Position numbers and translations under genes: made by a program. The notes under the pieces are model-generated. The model ran no database searches. It saw nothing but the letters and a program-made list of their open reading frames with translations, and was not told the origin of the DNA. DNA of 64,000 nucleotides from Spirochaetales bacterium (GTDB taxonomy: Bacteria > Spirochaetota > Spirochaetia > Treponematales > UBA12059), in assembly GCA_016928955.1 (NCBI GenBank), contig JAFGJV010000004.1:186001-250000 (forward strand). The letters are read 5' to 3'. Numbering within the stretch: the first letter of the stretch is position 1; each line of letters opens with the position of its first letter. This document shows positions 19,592 through 29,668 of the stretch, one piece after another.

Positions 19592-20341
19592 ATGAGAACA
19601 TATTACATGGCGGGCAACTGGAAAATGCATAAAACTGTCGCAGAGTCGGTGGCGCTGGCCAACGAGCTGAAACAGGCCCTGGCCGGAGCCAAGGACAAGG
19701 TGATGGTCGCTCCTCCCTTCACGGCCCTGGCGGCAGTGGGCCAGGCCATCAAGGGCTCGTCCATTATACTCGGCGCGCAGAACATGGGGCCCGATACCCA
19801 GGGAGCGCACACCGGCGAGGTGTCGCCCCTGATGCTCAAGGAACTTGGCGTCCGTGCCGTCATCCTTGGCCACTCGGAGCGCCGCCACTCGTATTTCGAG
19901 ACTGACGAACTGATCAACCGCAAGGTGCTTCTGGCCATCGAGCAGGGCCTGGATCCCATACTCTGCGTTGGCGAGACCCTGGCCGAGCGGGAGGCCGGGC
20001 GCCTTGAAGCCGTGGTGGGCACCCAGGTGCGGGAAGGCCTTAAGGGCGTGGCCCGAGGCGACCTGCCCAAGGTGACCATAGCCTATGAGCCCGTTTGGGC
20101 CATCGGTACCGGCAAAACGGCCACCCCGGACGACGCGGACGCCGTCCACGCCTTCATCCGGAGCGTTGTTGCGACTATGTACGACGGCGACGCGGCCAAA
20201 GCCCTCTGTATCCAATACGGCGGGTCGGTCAAACCGGACAATGTTGCGGAGCTCATGGCCAAACCCAACATAGACGGGGCCCTGGTCGGCGGAGCGTCGC
20301 TTAAAGCCGAAAGTTTTGTGCCCATAGCTGCCTTCCGCTGA
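19592..20341 (+). CDS. tpiA: Triosephosphate isomerase
   Basis: AGNWKMH, GHSERR, AYEPVWAIGTG, YGGSVK. Confidence 0.99.
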   Translation: MRTYYMAGNWKMHKTVAESVALANELKQALAGAKDKVMVAPPFTALAAVGQAIKGSSIILGAQNMGPDTQGAHTGEVSPLMLKELGVRAVILGHSERRHSYFETDELINRKVLLAIEQGLDPILCVGETLAEREAGRLEAVVGTQVREGLKGVARGDLPKVTIAYEPVWAIGTGKTATPDDADAVHAFIRSVVATMYDGDAAKALCIQYGGSVKPDNVAELMAKPNIDGALVGGASLKAESFVPIAAFR

Positions 20342-20522
20342 GGTATTCCCGGGATCCGGCGCCAAAGAGAGCCCTCTACAACGCCAGTTTGCAGGGAGTT
20401 CTCATAAGCCGGATTCCGGGCCTTGCCTAGGGCCCGCTTTTAGGGCTATTATCCCGACTTAGGGCTGTTCGCGGCATGAGCGGAGAAGCCCAATCCTGAC
20501 GGTAACCCTCGGAGTCAACAAA

Positions 20523-20897
20523 ATGGGATTCTTCGCTATCGTTCTGCTGGTGCTTTTTGCCATCGTGTGCGCCCTGCTGATTTTCATGGTCATCATCCAG
20601 GATCAGGAAGGCGAGGGCCTTGGCGGCATCTTCTCCGGAGCCGGCAGCGCGGCTTTCGGTTCGCGCTCGAGTTCCGTCGTGGTCAAGTTCACCTATATAC
20701 TCGGCGGTTTGTTCTTCGTCATTGCGTTCAGCCTGGCGTTGATGAACCGAGCCCCCGATCTTGATAACCTGGAACCGTCCAGCGCCGTATCCACCGAGAT
20801 CAGGCAGGCCGAGGTTCCGGCAGACGAGCCGAGCGCTACCGCCGCCGAGTCGGCAGACAGTACGGAAGACTCGGGCTCGACCGCGGAAAACCAGTAA
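20523..20897 (+). CDS. secG: Preprotein translocase subunit SecG
   Basis: Two TM helices, IIQ...GLGGIFSG linker, located after tpiA. Confidence 0.95.
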   Translation: MGFFAIVLLVLFAIVCALLIFMVIIQDQEGEGLGGIFSGAGSAAFGSRSSSVVVKFTYILGGLFFVIAFSLALMNRAPDLDNLEPSSAVSTEIRQAEVPADEPSATAAESADSTEDSGSTAENQ

Positions 20898-20924
20898 ACA
20901 GAGCCACCTGCGCGTCAGCGGCGG

Positions 20925-21719
20925 ATGACCGACCATTATCTTGTCCTCGGTGTCAGCCCTGACGCGTCGGACAAAGACGTAAAAAGCGCGTTCCGGAAAA
21001 AGGCCAAGGCGGGCCATCCCGACGTTGAGGGCGGCGACGCGAGCCGCATGCGGGAGCTTCTGGACGCGTATCGCGTCCTCTCTGATCCCCAGTTGCGGCG
21101 AGAGTACGACCGGGGCCGTCTCCGCATTATCCGGGATGGCTCGTCGGAAGGATTCGACTACCGGGCCTGGCTGAAAGAACGGCTGGGCGATCCTGAGTAC
21201 GTGGCCAAGCTGGTGTTCTACGACCTTCTGCACAACCTCGAAGACGAGGCCCTCGAGCTGTATGAAACCATCCGGCACCGCTCCGACGGCAGGCTGGAGC
21301 GGTTTTTCGAGCGCCCTGAAGCCATGGACGCCGAGTTCTGCATAGCCGAGGAGTACGCGGCACGGGGCCGTTTCCGCGACGCCTTTGACGTCATGGCAAA
21401 GCTCATACGCATGGAACAGCGCCTGTCGGGCTTTGGCTACTTTTACGACGTGGTTCTGGCTCGTTTCCGCAAGCTGACGCTTGAGGAGCTTGGCCGCACG
21501 CTCGAGCCCGAGGACGAAATTTCCCTCCTCGAGGAAGCAAGCTCGCTCAGAAGCAGCGCCGTCAACGACGCCCAGTTCCTGAGGAGAGCTGCCGAACTCC
21601 ATCTCAGGCTCGGCCGCAGGAACGAGGCGGCGCTTTGTGTATCCAGGGCCCAGGCCCTACGTCCCCGCCTGCCGGGACTCAAAGCCCTGGTTTCAAGGAT
21701 ACTTTCGGTCGGCGCTTGA
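20925..21719 (+). CDS. J-domain (DnaJ-like) protein with helical/TPR-like C-terminus
   Basis: DHYLVLGV...HPD...AYRVLSDP..R.EYD. Confidence 0.85.
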   Translation: MTDHYLVLGVSPDASDKDVKSAFRKKAKAGHPDVEGGDASRMRELLDAYRVLSDPQLRREYDRGRLRIIRDGSSEGFDYRAWLKERLGDPEYVAKLVFYDLLHNLEDEALELYETIRHRSDGRLERFFERPEAMDAEFCIAEEYAARGRFRDAFDVMAKLIRMEQRLSGFGYFYDVVLARFRKLTLEELGRTLEPEDEISLLEEASSLRSSAVNDAQFLRRAAELHLRLGRRNEAALCVSRAQALRPRLPGLKALVSRILSVGA

Positions 21720-21874
21720 TGCCGGTGGCCGATGCTTGCCTGATTTTTACTTTCCTGGCGTCTTTCCAACTGCCGGGTATTAACCTGCCGCCCTCTCGCG
21801 TGTTATAGTCCGTACGGCTCCGGCGCCCGCAGTGGGCGGACGGAACCGGCGATCCGTTCTTTTTGGAGCGTTTG

Positions 21875-22888
21875 ATGAAAAAGCCCCTCATAGTGCTGCT
21901 CATGGCCGCCACGCTGGCGTCCTTGGCCATTGCCCAGACCCTTGGTACTCCCATGGCCACGGTCAAGCTGACCAAGACGGAGATCATTTCCGTCAAGGCC
22001 TTCACCGACACGGTCGCCAAGTACGAGGCTGTCAAAAAAGCCACCCTCACCGAGGACGAGCGCAAGGCCCTGCTGGACGAGATGATCAACGATGTCCTCT
22101 TTTACCAGATGTGCGAGCGGGACGGCATCAAGGCCAGCGACGCCGAGGTGAACGCCTACATTACCCAGGTCAAGTCACAGCTCGGCCCGAACGTCACGGA
22201 CGCCCAGTTCGAGGCTTATCTTGCCGGACAGGGGGTCATGATGGCCGACCTCAGGGTGTACTACAAAAAGCAGATACTCCTCCAGCGCTGGCTGGCGGCG
22301 TTCCGCACGGCTGAGATAGCGGCCATACCCAAGGTGACCAGCAAGGACATCCTTGACACCTACGAGCTGTACAAATCCAAGCTCGTACGGCCCGATACGG
22401 TACGGATAGCCATGATCTATTACCCCTATACCGACCGCACCGAGGCGGAGCGGGCCAAGGCGGTCCAGGTCATCAAGGACATTTCCGAGAGGATAGCCAA
22501 GGGCGAGAGTTTCGACGCCCTGCGCTTAAAGGCGGCTGACGGCTCGTACGGAGCCACGCGCGACTATATTTACGTGCAAAAGACTGACGCCGCCCGTACG
22601 CAGTACGGCCCTATTTTTGACAACGCCTTTGCCATCAAGGACGGAGCCGTGTCAGCTCCCTTTGAGAACGACGCCGGGTGGTGGATCGTGCGCCGTGCCG
22701 AGTTCTTCCCCCAGAAGCAACTCGAGCTGTCGGATCCCATACAGCTTGGCCAGCAGGGCACTGTCCAGGATTACCTGACCCAGCAGCTTGCCCTGAAGCG
22801 CCAGAACGAGTTCATGTACAAGACGCTAACGGACCTGTTCAAGGAGCTCCGGGGCAAGGCCGAGATCAAGATCATCGGGAAGCCCTGA
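21875..22888 (+). CDS. SurA/PrsA-like periplasmic peptidylprolyl isomerase/chaperone
   Basis: Signal peptide; SurA-N-like helices; parvulin-like GESFDAL...VSAPFE..GWWIV. Confidence 0.75.
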   Translation: MKKPLIVLLMAATLASLAIAQTLGTPMATVKLTKTEIISVKAFTDTVAKYEAVKKATLTEDERKALLDEMINDVLFYQMCERDGIKASDAEVNAYITQVKSQLGPNVTDAQFEAYLAGQGVMMADLRVYYKKQILLQRWLAAFRTAEIAAIPKVTSKDILDTYELYKSKLVRPDTVRIAMIYYPYTDRTEAERAKAVQVIKDISERIAKGESFDALRLKAADGSYGATRDYIYVQKTDAARTQYGPIFDNAFAIKDGAVSAPFENDAGWWIVRRAEFFPQKQLELSDPIQLGQQGTVQDYLTQQLALKRQNEFMYKTLTDLFKELRGKAEIKIIGKP

Positions 22889-23307
22889 TGGCGTCCAGGC
22901 GCAAGGCTCGTATACTGGCGTTCCAGGCTCTCTACGCATGGGACGCGGCAGGCGGAGACGCCGCCGATGTACTGTCGTTCTCCTGGCTGGCCGACGACTC
23001 CGCGGCCTACCAGGATGACGAGCTCAAGACCTATGCCCGCCTGATGGCCGCCGGGGCGATAGAAAATATCGACGCCATAGACGCGGCCATCAAGAAACAC
23101 CTGGAGCACTGGAGCTTTGAGCGCCTCAAACGCGTCGACCTGGCCATACTCCGCATGTCCGTGTACGCTTTGATGTACCAGCGCGACATACCGGTGCAGA
23201 TCAGCATAGACGAGGCTATAGAGATAGCCAAGGAATTCGGTTCGGAGGAATCCTACCGGTTCATCAACGGCGTGCTGGATGCCGTATGGAAAGAAATAGG
23301 CGGCTGA
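22888..23307 (+). CDS. nusB: Transcription antitermination factor NusB
   Basis: MASRRKARILAFQALY, DLAILR, IDEAIEIAKEFG, FINGVLD; TGATG coupling. Confidence 0.97.
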   Translation: MASRRKARILAFQALYAWDAAGGDAADVLSFSWLADDSAAYQDDELKTYARLMAAGAIENIDAIDAAIKKHLEHWSFERLKRVDLAILRMSVYALMYQRDIPVQISIDEAIEIAKEFGSEESYRFINGVLDAVWKEIGG

Positions 23308-24821
23308 GCCGTATAGGCATGGCGGTCTGCGCGGCCACACTCATGGCCGCGGCGGGCTGCTCGGGAAAGCCTTCGTTCGAGGGACTCCTGGCGCTCATAG
23401 ACGCAGGCGCGCCCTCGGTCAACCAGGGCACGTTCATGCGCGCGGCCGAGCTGTGCGAGTCGACCGTAGACAGGCTGAGGCTCTTAAAGCGTGCGGCTGT
23501 GCGCGGCCCGGCCTTTGCCTCAGACCTAGCCCTCTCGCTGAGGTTTGACGCCGAAACCGAACCATCCGTGGCGTTAGCCGCGTACAGCTTCCACCTGGAT
23601 ACCGGAAAATACGCGGAAGCCGCTGCGCTGGTAAACCGTGGCGTGCCCTACGAACCATGGCCTGCCCTTGCCGCCGAGCTCGCGCTCAGGGCCCTTGCAG
23701 ACGGCCAGCTTCCGAAGCTGTCCACGGCGGCGCTGATAGCCGCTGCCGACTTCACATCCCACCCTGATTTCATGATCCTGGCGGCCCTTGAGGCAATGCG
23801 CTCTGGCCGGCCCGAGGAAGCCAGGGAGCTAGCTCGGGCAGCCATTTCCGGTGGCGGAGCGCCAGAGGCGGACGTGTTGTGGGATTGTGGCCTTTTGGAC
23901 CCTCTGGCCCTATCTGCCCTGGATATATCCAACCCCGACAAACTTGAATTGGCGGCCCAGGCCGCCTGGCTGAGCGGCCATGTGGCCCTGGCGGCCGAGG
24001 CCTACGGCGCGCTGGTGTCATCCGCTCCCCATTACTCATACAGACCGTACGCGGCATTGGCAAGGCTATCGGCCGCGGACCATACAGCCGCCGGCCGTGC
24101 GCCGCAAGCCGTCCACAACCAGCTGCGAACCTTTTGGGTCGAGGCCATGCGCTCCGCGTTCCCTGGCCATACAGCCGCCGGCCTTGAGTACGCGTCCCAC
24201 CTCATCCACGAAGGCAGGCTGGACCAGGCGCGCGCAGTTTTGGATACGCTGAGACCCGGGGACGCTCCCGAGGCAGCCAGGCTCTATGCCCTGCGGGCAG
24301 CCGCGGAGCCACGGCTGTCCGCGCGTTACGGTCAGGAACTGGCCCTGGCCTTTCCCGATAACGCCGTGGCCATGGACACGGCACTGGCCCTGGCTGTGCA
24401 TGCCGGCGACTGGGAAGGCTACCGGGCCGTCCGCGACTCAGCGCGCAAGCTGTCCGGCATGGAGCGTGATGTTTTCTGGGATGCCCTCGACGCTGTGATG
24501 ACGGGTGACCTTGAGGGTGCGTCGGGAATACTCCGCGCGAGACACGCGGACGTTCCGGATTTCTGGGCGGCGTATGACCTTGGCCTGGTCGAACTGGCGC
24601 GCGGCCTGGCCAAACAGGCCGCGGAAGCCTTTTCAGCTGCTGCCAGCAAGGCCTCGGATACCGCGCAGAAGGCCGAAGTGCTGGCGCGCGCCGGTTCGGC
24701 CTACGGATTCGCTGGAGACAGGGTCATGGCCAAGGCAGCGTACAAGGCGGCTATCAGCGCCGACCCCACCTGCGTTGACGCTATACGCGGGCTGTCGGGA
24801 CTTGAAGGTACCTCGCCTTGA
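23286..24821 (+). CDS. TPR-like helical lipoprotein (hypothetical)
   Basis: LMAAAGC lipobox; Ala-rich helical repeats; start could be 23319. Confidence 0.65.
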   Translation: MERNRRLSRIGMAVCAATLMAAAGCSGKPSFEGLLALIDAGAPSVNQGTFMRAAELCESTVDRLRLLKRAAVRGPAFASDLALSLRFDAETEPSVALAAYSFHLDTGKYAEAAALVNRGVPYEPWPALAAELALRALADGQLPKLSTAALIAAADFTSHPDFMILAALEAMRSGRPEEARELARAAISGGGAPEADVLWDCGLLDPLALSALDISNPDKLELAAQAAWLSGHVALAAEAYGALVSSAPHYSYRPYAALARLSAADHTAAGRAPQAVHNQLRTFWVEAMRSAFPGHTAAGLEYASHLIHEGRLDQARAVLDTLRPGDAPEAARLYALRAAAEPRLSARYGQELALAFPDNAVAMDTALALAVHAGDWEGYRAVRDSARKLSGMERDVFWDALDAVMTGDLEGASGILRARHADVPDFWAAYDLGLVELARGLAKQAAEAFSAAASKASDTAQKAEVLARAGSAYGFAGDRVMAKAAYKAAISADPTCVDAIRGLSGLEGTSP

Positions 24822-24986
24822 AGGTATTCTGGGCGTAGACGGTTCGGGTATCCTGAGTAGAAAGAACGGCCCGTCTATGCCCGCCGCTGCCCGGCCCGTA
24901 CTGAGCAGCCACGGTCCATACGTATCAGCGCATACACCCCGCGCCGGACCCTGGGCCCGCACGCAAGGAAAAGAGGAACGACCCCT

Positions 24987-25733
24987 ATGGTAAAACTCAA
25001 GAACAGAGAACAGCTCGAAGGAATACGGACATCGTGCAGGCTGCTCTCTGAGATGTTCTCGGTATTGGTACCCCGCGTCAAGGAAGGCATAACCACGGCC
25101 GACCTGGACGCCGTGGCCAGGGAGTTTATAGTATCGCACGGAGGAAAGCCGGCTTTTTTAGGCTATTATGATTATCCGGCGTCTCTGTGCGTATCCGTTA
25201 ATGAGGAAGTCATCCACGGCATACCAGGTTCGCGTGTGCTAAAGCCAGGCGACATAGTAGGCCTGGACTGCGGTATAGACCTGCACGGCTATTTCAGCGA
25301 CGCGGCCATAACGGTGCCCGTGCCGCCGGTGTCGCCCAAGGCCGAACGGCTCATGGCCACCACGCGCGAATGCCTGGACCTGGCCATCAAGGCCGCCCAT
25401 CCCGGTGGACGGGTGCACGATATATCCCGGGCAGTGTTCGCGCACGCCAAGACGGCCGGTTTTGGCGTGGTCAGGCAGTACTGCGGCCACGGGGTGGGGC
25501 TGGCCGTCCACGAGGATCCCCAGGTTCCCAACTACGTGGGTTCCGGCCCCAATCCTCGGCTCGTGCCCGGCATGGTACTGGCCATCGAGCCCATGATCAA
25601 CGCCGGAGGAGATGGCGTTGAGGAGCTTGACGACGGGTGGACGGTGGTCACGCGGGACCGCTCCCTGTCAGCCCACTATGAGCACACCATAGCCATCACC
25701 GAGGACGGTGTTGAGGTGCTGACCGCTTGGTAG
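24987..25733 (+). CDS. map: Methionine aminopeptidase type I
   Basis: CVSVNEEVIHGIP, GHGVG..VHEDP, AIEPMIN, SAHYEHT. Confidence 0.98.
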   Translation: MVKLKNREQLEGIRTSCRLLSEMFSVLVPRVKEGITTADLDAVAREFIVSHGGKPAFLGYYDYPASLCVSVNEEVIHGIPGSRVLKPGDIVGLDCGIDLHGYFSDAAITVPVPPVSPKAERLMATTRECLDLAIKAAHPGGRVHDISRAVFAHAKTAGFGVVRQYCGHGVGLAVHEDPQVPNYVGSGPNPRLVPGMVLAIEPMINAGGDGVEELDDGWTVVTRDRSLSAHYEHTIAITEDGVEVLTAW

Positions 25734-25736
25734 GCG

Positions 25737-25758
25737 CGGCCTGTCAGGCCTTCTTTTT
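25737..25758 (+). terminator. Intrinsic terminator after map
   Basis: GGCCT-GTC-AGGCC followed by TTCTTTTT. Confidence 0.55.
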
Positions 25759-25775
25759 ATTAGTATATTACATGA

Positions 25776-25882
25776 GGGAGCCTCTAAAAACTGCAGTTTT
25801 TAGAGGGTTACCTTAAAAACCCTGCGTTTTCGGCCGAAAACGCAGAGGACCTCTAATAACCATGGGGCTTTTAGAGGTTCCC
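25776..25882. mobile_element. MITE/REP-like palindromic element (107 bp) with terminal inverted repeats and a 4-bp flanking direct repeat
   Basis: Ends GGGAGCCTCTAAAA / TTTTAGAGGTTCCC (13 of 14 match); ATGA on both sides; internal perfect palindromes at 25781-25806 and 25822-25845. Confidence 0.75.
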
Positions 25883-26022
25883 ATGAGGCTCATCCACATG
25901 TTGGACGAGTTTTGAAGTAGGCTCTAGCCCCGACGGTCATGTCTGAAACTGGAACGTTTCTGAAACCGTCGTATGCCTTGCATTGTTGTATGCTTTCGAT
26001 ACCCCGTGATAAGGAGAGCACC

Positions 26023-27525
26023 ATGTCGTTCACCAAAAAGCTGTTCTCAAGAAAGATTTTCCTTGTGAATCTCGTGCTGGTCGGCATCATGGTGGGCTTT
26101 GTCGGAGCCCTGGCCATCATGGCTGCCGGAGGCGGCGGAGGCCAGGCCGTGGTCAAGGCCGAGTCAGGGCCGGTTGCGCCCGCCCACGTCACCGACCAGG
26201 CCCTTGCCCTGCAGTCGGCATTCAACCATGTGGCGGACACGGTCTTGCCCGCCGTGGTAGAACTCCACGTGCTCGGCAGTTCCGCCGCTCCAGACTCAGG
26301 CGAGTTTCCCTGGCGCTTCTTCTTCGGCAATCCTGAGGAGGCTCCGGACGAGAGCGACCCGGCTCCCGGCTATCAGGAAGAGGGTCTTGGCTCGGGCATT
26401 GTCGTGCGGAAGAGCGGCTCCACCGCGTACGTGCTCACGAACAACCACGTGGTCGCCGGGGCCGACACCATAACGGTCAAGCTCTTTGACGAGCGCGAGT
26501 ACGCAGGCACCCTGGTCGGTTTTGACGAGCGCAAGGACCTGGCGGTCGTGTCCTTCAAACTTGCAGGAGGAGAGGACGTCCGGATCGCCACGCTCGGCAA
26601 TTCGGACAACGTCAAGGTCGGTGACTGGGCCATTGCCATAGGCAGCCCGTTCGGTTTCTTCTCGTCCGTAACTGCCGGCATAGTCAGCGCCATAGGCAGG
26701 GACGGCGGCCCGGACGGCAACATCAACGACTTTATCCAGACAGACGCGGCCATCAACCGGGGCAACTCCGGCGGCGCCCTGGTGAATATCCGAGGCGAGG
26801 TGATCGGCATCAACACCTGGATAGCCAGCACCACCGGCAGTTCCATAGGACTTGGCTTCTCCATCCCCATCAACAACGCCACCAGGGTCATAGACGACCT
26901 TATATCCAGAGGTTCCGTGCGCTATGGATGGCTCGGCGTCCTCTTGACCGCGCCAGGCAAGGAAAGCCTGTCCGAACTGGACGTAAAGGACCCCAAGGGT
27001 GCTCTGATAGGCCACGTGTTCACTGACGGGCCTGCGTCCAAGAGCGGCCTCAGGCCGGGTGATTTTGTGCAGGCCGTGGACGGCAAGAGCGTTGCCAACG
27101 TCGAGCAGCTGGTCAGGATAGTGGGCGACCTTCCCGCGGGCGCTACGTCCATGTTCTCCGTTGTGCGCGAGGGCAAGGCCATACAGCTCAAGGTGAGCAT
27201 TGAGGAGCGCAAGGAGAGCAACGCCGCCGACTATACCAAGCTGTGGCCAGGCGTTGAGGTCAGCCACCTGACCGATGAGCACGCCAAAGCCCAGGGGCTT
27301 TCCGGCGTGCGTTCGGGCGTCATGGTGTCCAGCGTCATCGCGCGGAGCCCCTCGGCCGCCTTGGGCCTCAAGATTGGCGACGTGATCACAGCGCTCAACG
27401 GACAGAAGATAGCTGACGTGGGCGACTTCTACCGCCTGCTCAACGACACCAAGGCCAAATCCGTGCAGTTTACCGTCATCAGGGACGGCGCCGAGTTGGC
27501 CACGCTTGCGCTGGTTCGCAAGTGA
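26023..27525 (+). CDS. htrA: HtrA/DegP family serine protease with two PDZ domains
   Basis: GLGSG, TNNHVV, IQTDAAINRGNSGGAL; AAGGAG RBS. Confidence 0.95.
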   Translation: MSFTKKLFSRKIFLVNLVLVGIMVGFVGALAIMAAGGGGGQAVVKAESGPVAPAHVTDQALALQSAFNHVADTVLPAVVELHVLGSSAAPDSGEFPWRFFFGNPEEAPDESDPAPGYQEEGLGSGIVVRKSGSTAYVLTNNHVVAGADTITVKLFDEREYAGTLVGFDERKDLAVVSFKLAGGEDVRIATLGNSDNVKVGDWAIAIGSPFGFFSSVTAGIVSAIGRDGGPDGNINDFIQTDAAINRGNSGGALVNIRGEVIGINTWIASTTGSSIGLGFSIPINNATRVIDDLISRGSVRYGWLGVLLTAPGKESLSELDVKDPKGALIGHVFTDGPASKSGLRPGDFVQAVDGKSVANVEQLVRIVGDLPAGATSMFSVVREGKAIQLKVSIEERKESNAADYTKLWPGVEVSHLTDEHAKAQGLSGVRSGVMVSSVIARSPSAALGLKIGDVITALNGQKIADVGDFYRLLNDTKAKSVQFTVIRDGAELATLALVRK

Positions 27526-27552
27526 TGCTAGAGTGAGCCGCAAGAGGCCCCA

Positions 27553-28158
27553 ATGAGCAAAGAATTCATATCGTACAACCAGGTCCGCAACAACGCTCTG
27601 AAGCTCGCGCACCGTATCCACATGGACGGCTTCATACCCGATGTCGTCTATGTGTCGTTGCGCGGCGGGGCCTATCTGGGCAATGTCATATCTGAGTACT
27701 TCAAAGTGGTCAGGAAGGACGAGCGGCCCGTTTTTTACGCCGCGGTGGTCGCCCGTTCATACACCGACGTCAGGCAGAGCGAGCAGGTACGGGTGGACGG
27801 CTGGACATACAGCCCGGAATACCTCCGCCATGGCGACAAGGTTCTGCTCGTGGACGACATCTACGACTCTGGCCGGACTATCAACCATCTGGCGAGCGTG
27901 ATTCTTGAGAAAGGCGTGCCCAGACGCGATCTCAAGATAGCGGTACACGATTACAAGATCGTGCGGTACCGGGGAGAGCCCCTGCCCATCGTTCCCGACT
28001 ACTGGTGCCGCCTGCACGACATAGCCACGGTAGACGACGAACGCTGGATCCACTATATGAGCCACGAGCTGGTGGGCCTTACGGAGGCCGAGCTCAAGAC
28101 CCACTACTATCCCGAGGATCCGGAACTCCAGGACATTCTCTCCGTCCTCAAGGGCTAA
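27553..28158 (+). CDS. Phosphoribosyltransferase, type I
   Basis: SLRGG and VLLVDDIYDSGRT PRPP-binding loop. Confidence 0.9.
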   Translation: MSKEFISYNQVRNNALKLAHRIHMDGFIPDVVYVSLRGGAYLGNVISEYFKVVRKDERPVFYAAVVARSYTDVRQSEQVRVDGWTYSPEYLRHGDKVLLVDDIYDSGRTINHLASVILEKGVPRRDLKIAVHDYKIVRYRGEPLPIVPDYWCRLHDIATVDDERWIHYMSHELVGLTEAELKTHYYPEDPELQDILSVLKG

Positions 28159-28159
28159 T

Positions 28160-29668
28160 ATGGGTTCGGGCACTGTAAGGTTCCTTGGGCTTGCGGCGGC
28201 TGTCACCTTATGCGCGGCCGCCGTACACGGCCAGTCCGGGCAGCTCGCAAGCCTGGTCCCCGAAAGCGACCGGGCAGCCTACGCTGAGGCGCTTTCAGCG
28301 CTGGATGCGGCCCGGGATGCCAACGAGGATTCCGTCATGAGCCGCATGCGCTGGTGGCTTGGCTGGCTGGATGGATCTTCGGAAGCGGCCTATCCCGTTC
28401 CCGACGAGCGGGCGGCCAGCCTTGCGAGTCAGGCGTCCGCAAACGTGGTGTCCTTGGTAGCCAAAAGCGCTCGCTCCAGCCTGGATAGGATACTGGAACT
28501 GTCGCTGGGCGAACTTGGGCTTCCTGACTACATTGTCCGGCTCTTTCCCGACCTTTCCAAGCTGGACGCGGAGAAACGGAAGCGTGTCGCCGCGGCAGCC
28601 CTCACGGGAAGCCAGCGTATCCTGCTGCAAACCCTGTCGGCCATCGACCCTCAATCCACCCTGACTACGTCTTGGTCCATCGCAGGCGAGCTCAGGGAGG
28701 CCCTGCTCTTGGATCAGCAGACAGGCATCAGGATTCCATCGGCCAAGGCCTTTTCCGCAGCCGCCCGGCTCGAGGCGTCCGCCGGCCTCCCAGCAGCCCG
28801 TTTCTTGGCAATGGCAGAGGCTGACGGCCTAGACACCTTCGGCTACGTCGCAACCTTCCTGCGGGCCTTGCCCGAGCCGGGAAGGCGAGCCCTCGCCGGG
28901 AACGGAATGTTGAGCTTCCTTGAACAACGGCGTATCCTGGCCTACGCATATGACCCCTTCTTAGACGGCGCGTATGCCTGGGAAGCCCTGAATGCGTATG
29001 CCGTATGGCTGTCCTCGTTCGTGCGCTCATCCCATGACGAAGCGAGCTTGCTAGCCGCCTTGACGACCCTGCCAGGCGCAAATTCATTGCCGAACCAGCT
29101 TGATCCGGATTCTCTGGCCCGCATGGAAAACAGGATGCTCGAACTTGCCGAGCTTGCCTCCCGCAGGCTCGAGCTGGAAGCCCGTATCGAGGCAAGAAGC
29201 TGGGCCAAGGATAAGGCCGGTACCCTGCCGGAATTCCGGGCTACCGTGGGACGAACGCCTGGCCACCCTCTGGGCTTCACCCTGAGGCTGTGGCTACAAA
29301 CCGAATCAGGCGCACTGAGTGTCCCCTGGAACAAAGTACGGTCGTCCTTCGAGCTTGCTCTTAGGGACGCTTTCGGAGGAATTCTGCCATTGGCCCTGTA
29401 CGTCGACGAGTCAGGGCTCAGTGCGGGAAGCGGGGACGCCGAATCGGACTCGGGCTATGTTCTCTACCATAGTCCTGCCGGGCTTGGAGAGGCTGGAGTG
29501 TGGCTTATGTCCGAGCTCACGGCGCTCGAGGTAGGGGGAAACGCCGGCTCGATCTTCATTGGCGCCGGTCGGATGGCGGCCGAATGGGCGGTGGTACAAG
29601 GCATGACGGATGGTACCGCCGCGGCACATGCCAGAGCCTGGTTTGAAGCCATGGAGGCCGGCTCATGA
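28160..29668 (+). CDS. Hypothetical exported protein
   Basis: 502-aa ORF with a signal peptide, abutting both neighbours. Confidence 0.65.
   Translation: MGSGTVRFLGLAAAVTLCAAAVHGQSGQLASLVPESDRAAYAEALSALDAARDANEDSVMSRMRWWLGWLDGSSEAAYPVPDERAASLASQASANVVSLVAKSARSSLDRILELSLGELGLPDYIVRLFPDLSKLDAEKRKRVAAAALTGSQRILLQTLSAIDPQSTLTTSWSIAGELREALLLDQQTGIRIPSAKAFSAAARLEASAGLPAARFLAMAEADGLDTFGYVATFLRALPEPGRRALAGNGMLSFLEQRRILAYAYDPFLDGAYAWEALNAYAVWLSSFVRSSHDEASLLAALTTLPGANSLPNQLDPDSLARMENRMLELAELASRRLELEARIEARSWAKDKAGTLPEFRATVGRTPGHPLGFTLRLWLQTESGALSVPWNKVRSSFELALRDAFGGILPLALYVDESGLSAGSGDAESDSGYVLYHSPAGLGEAGVWLMSELTALEVGGNAGSIFIGAGRMAAEWAVVQGMTDGTAAAHARAWFEAMEAGS

Noticed and set aside
20341..20522. tRNA, SRP RNA or 6S RNA near secG
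   Set aside because: No cloverleaf or TTCGA arm, no SRP GGAA-loop helix, and the hairpin is too short for 6S. It is kept only as an unassigned hairpin.
25776..25882. CRISPR mini-array
   Set aside because: The units are palindromes with no regular repeat-spacer period, and there are no cas genes.
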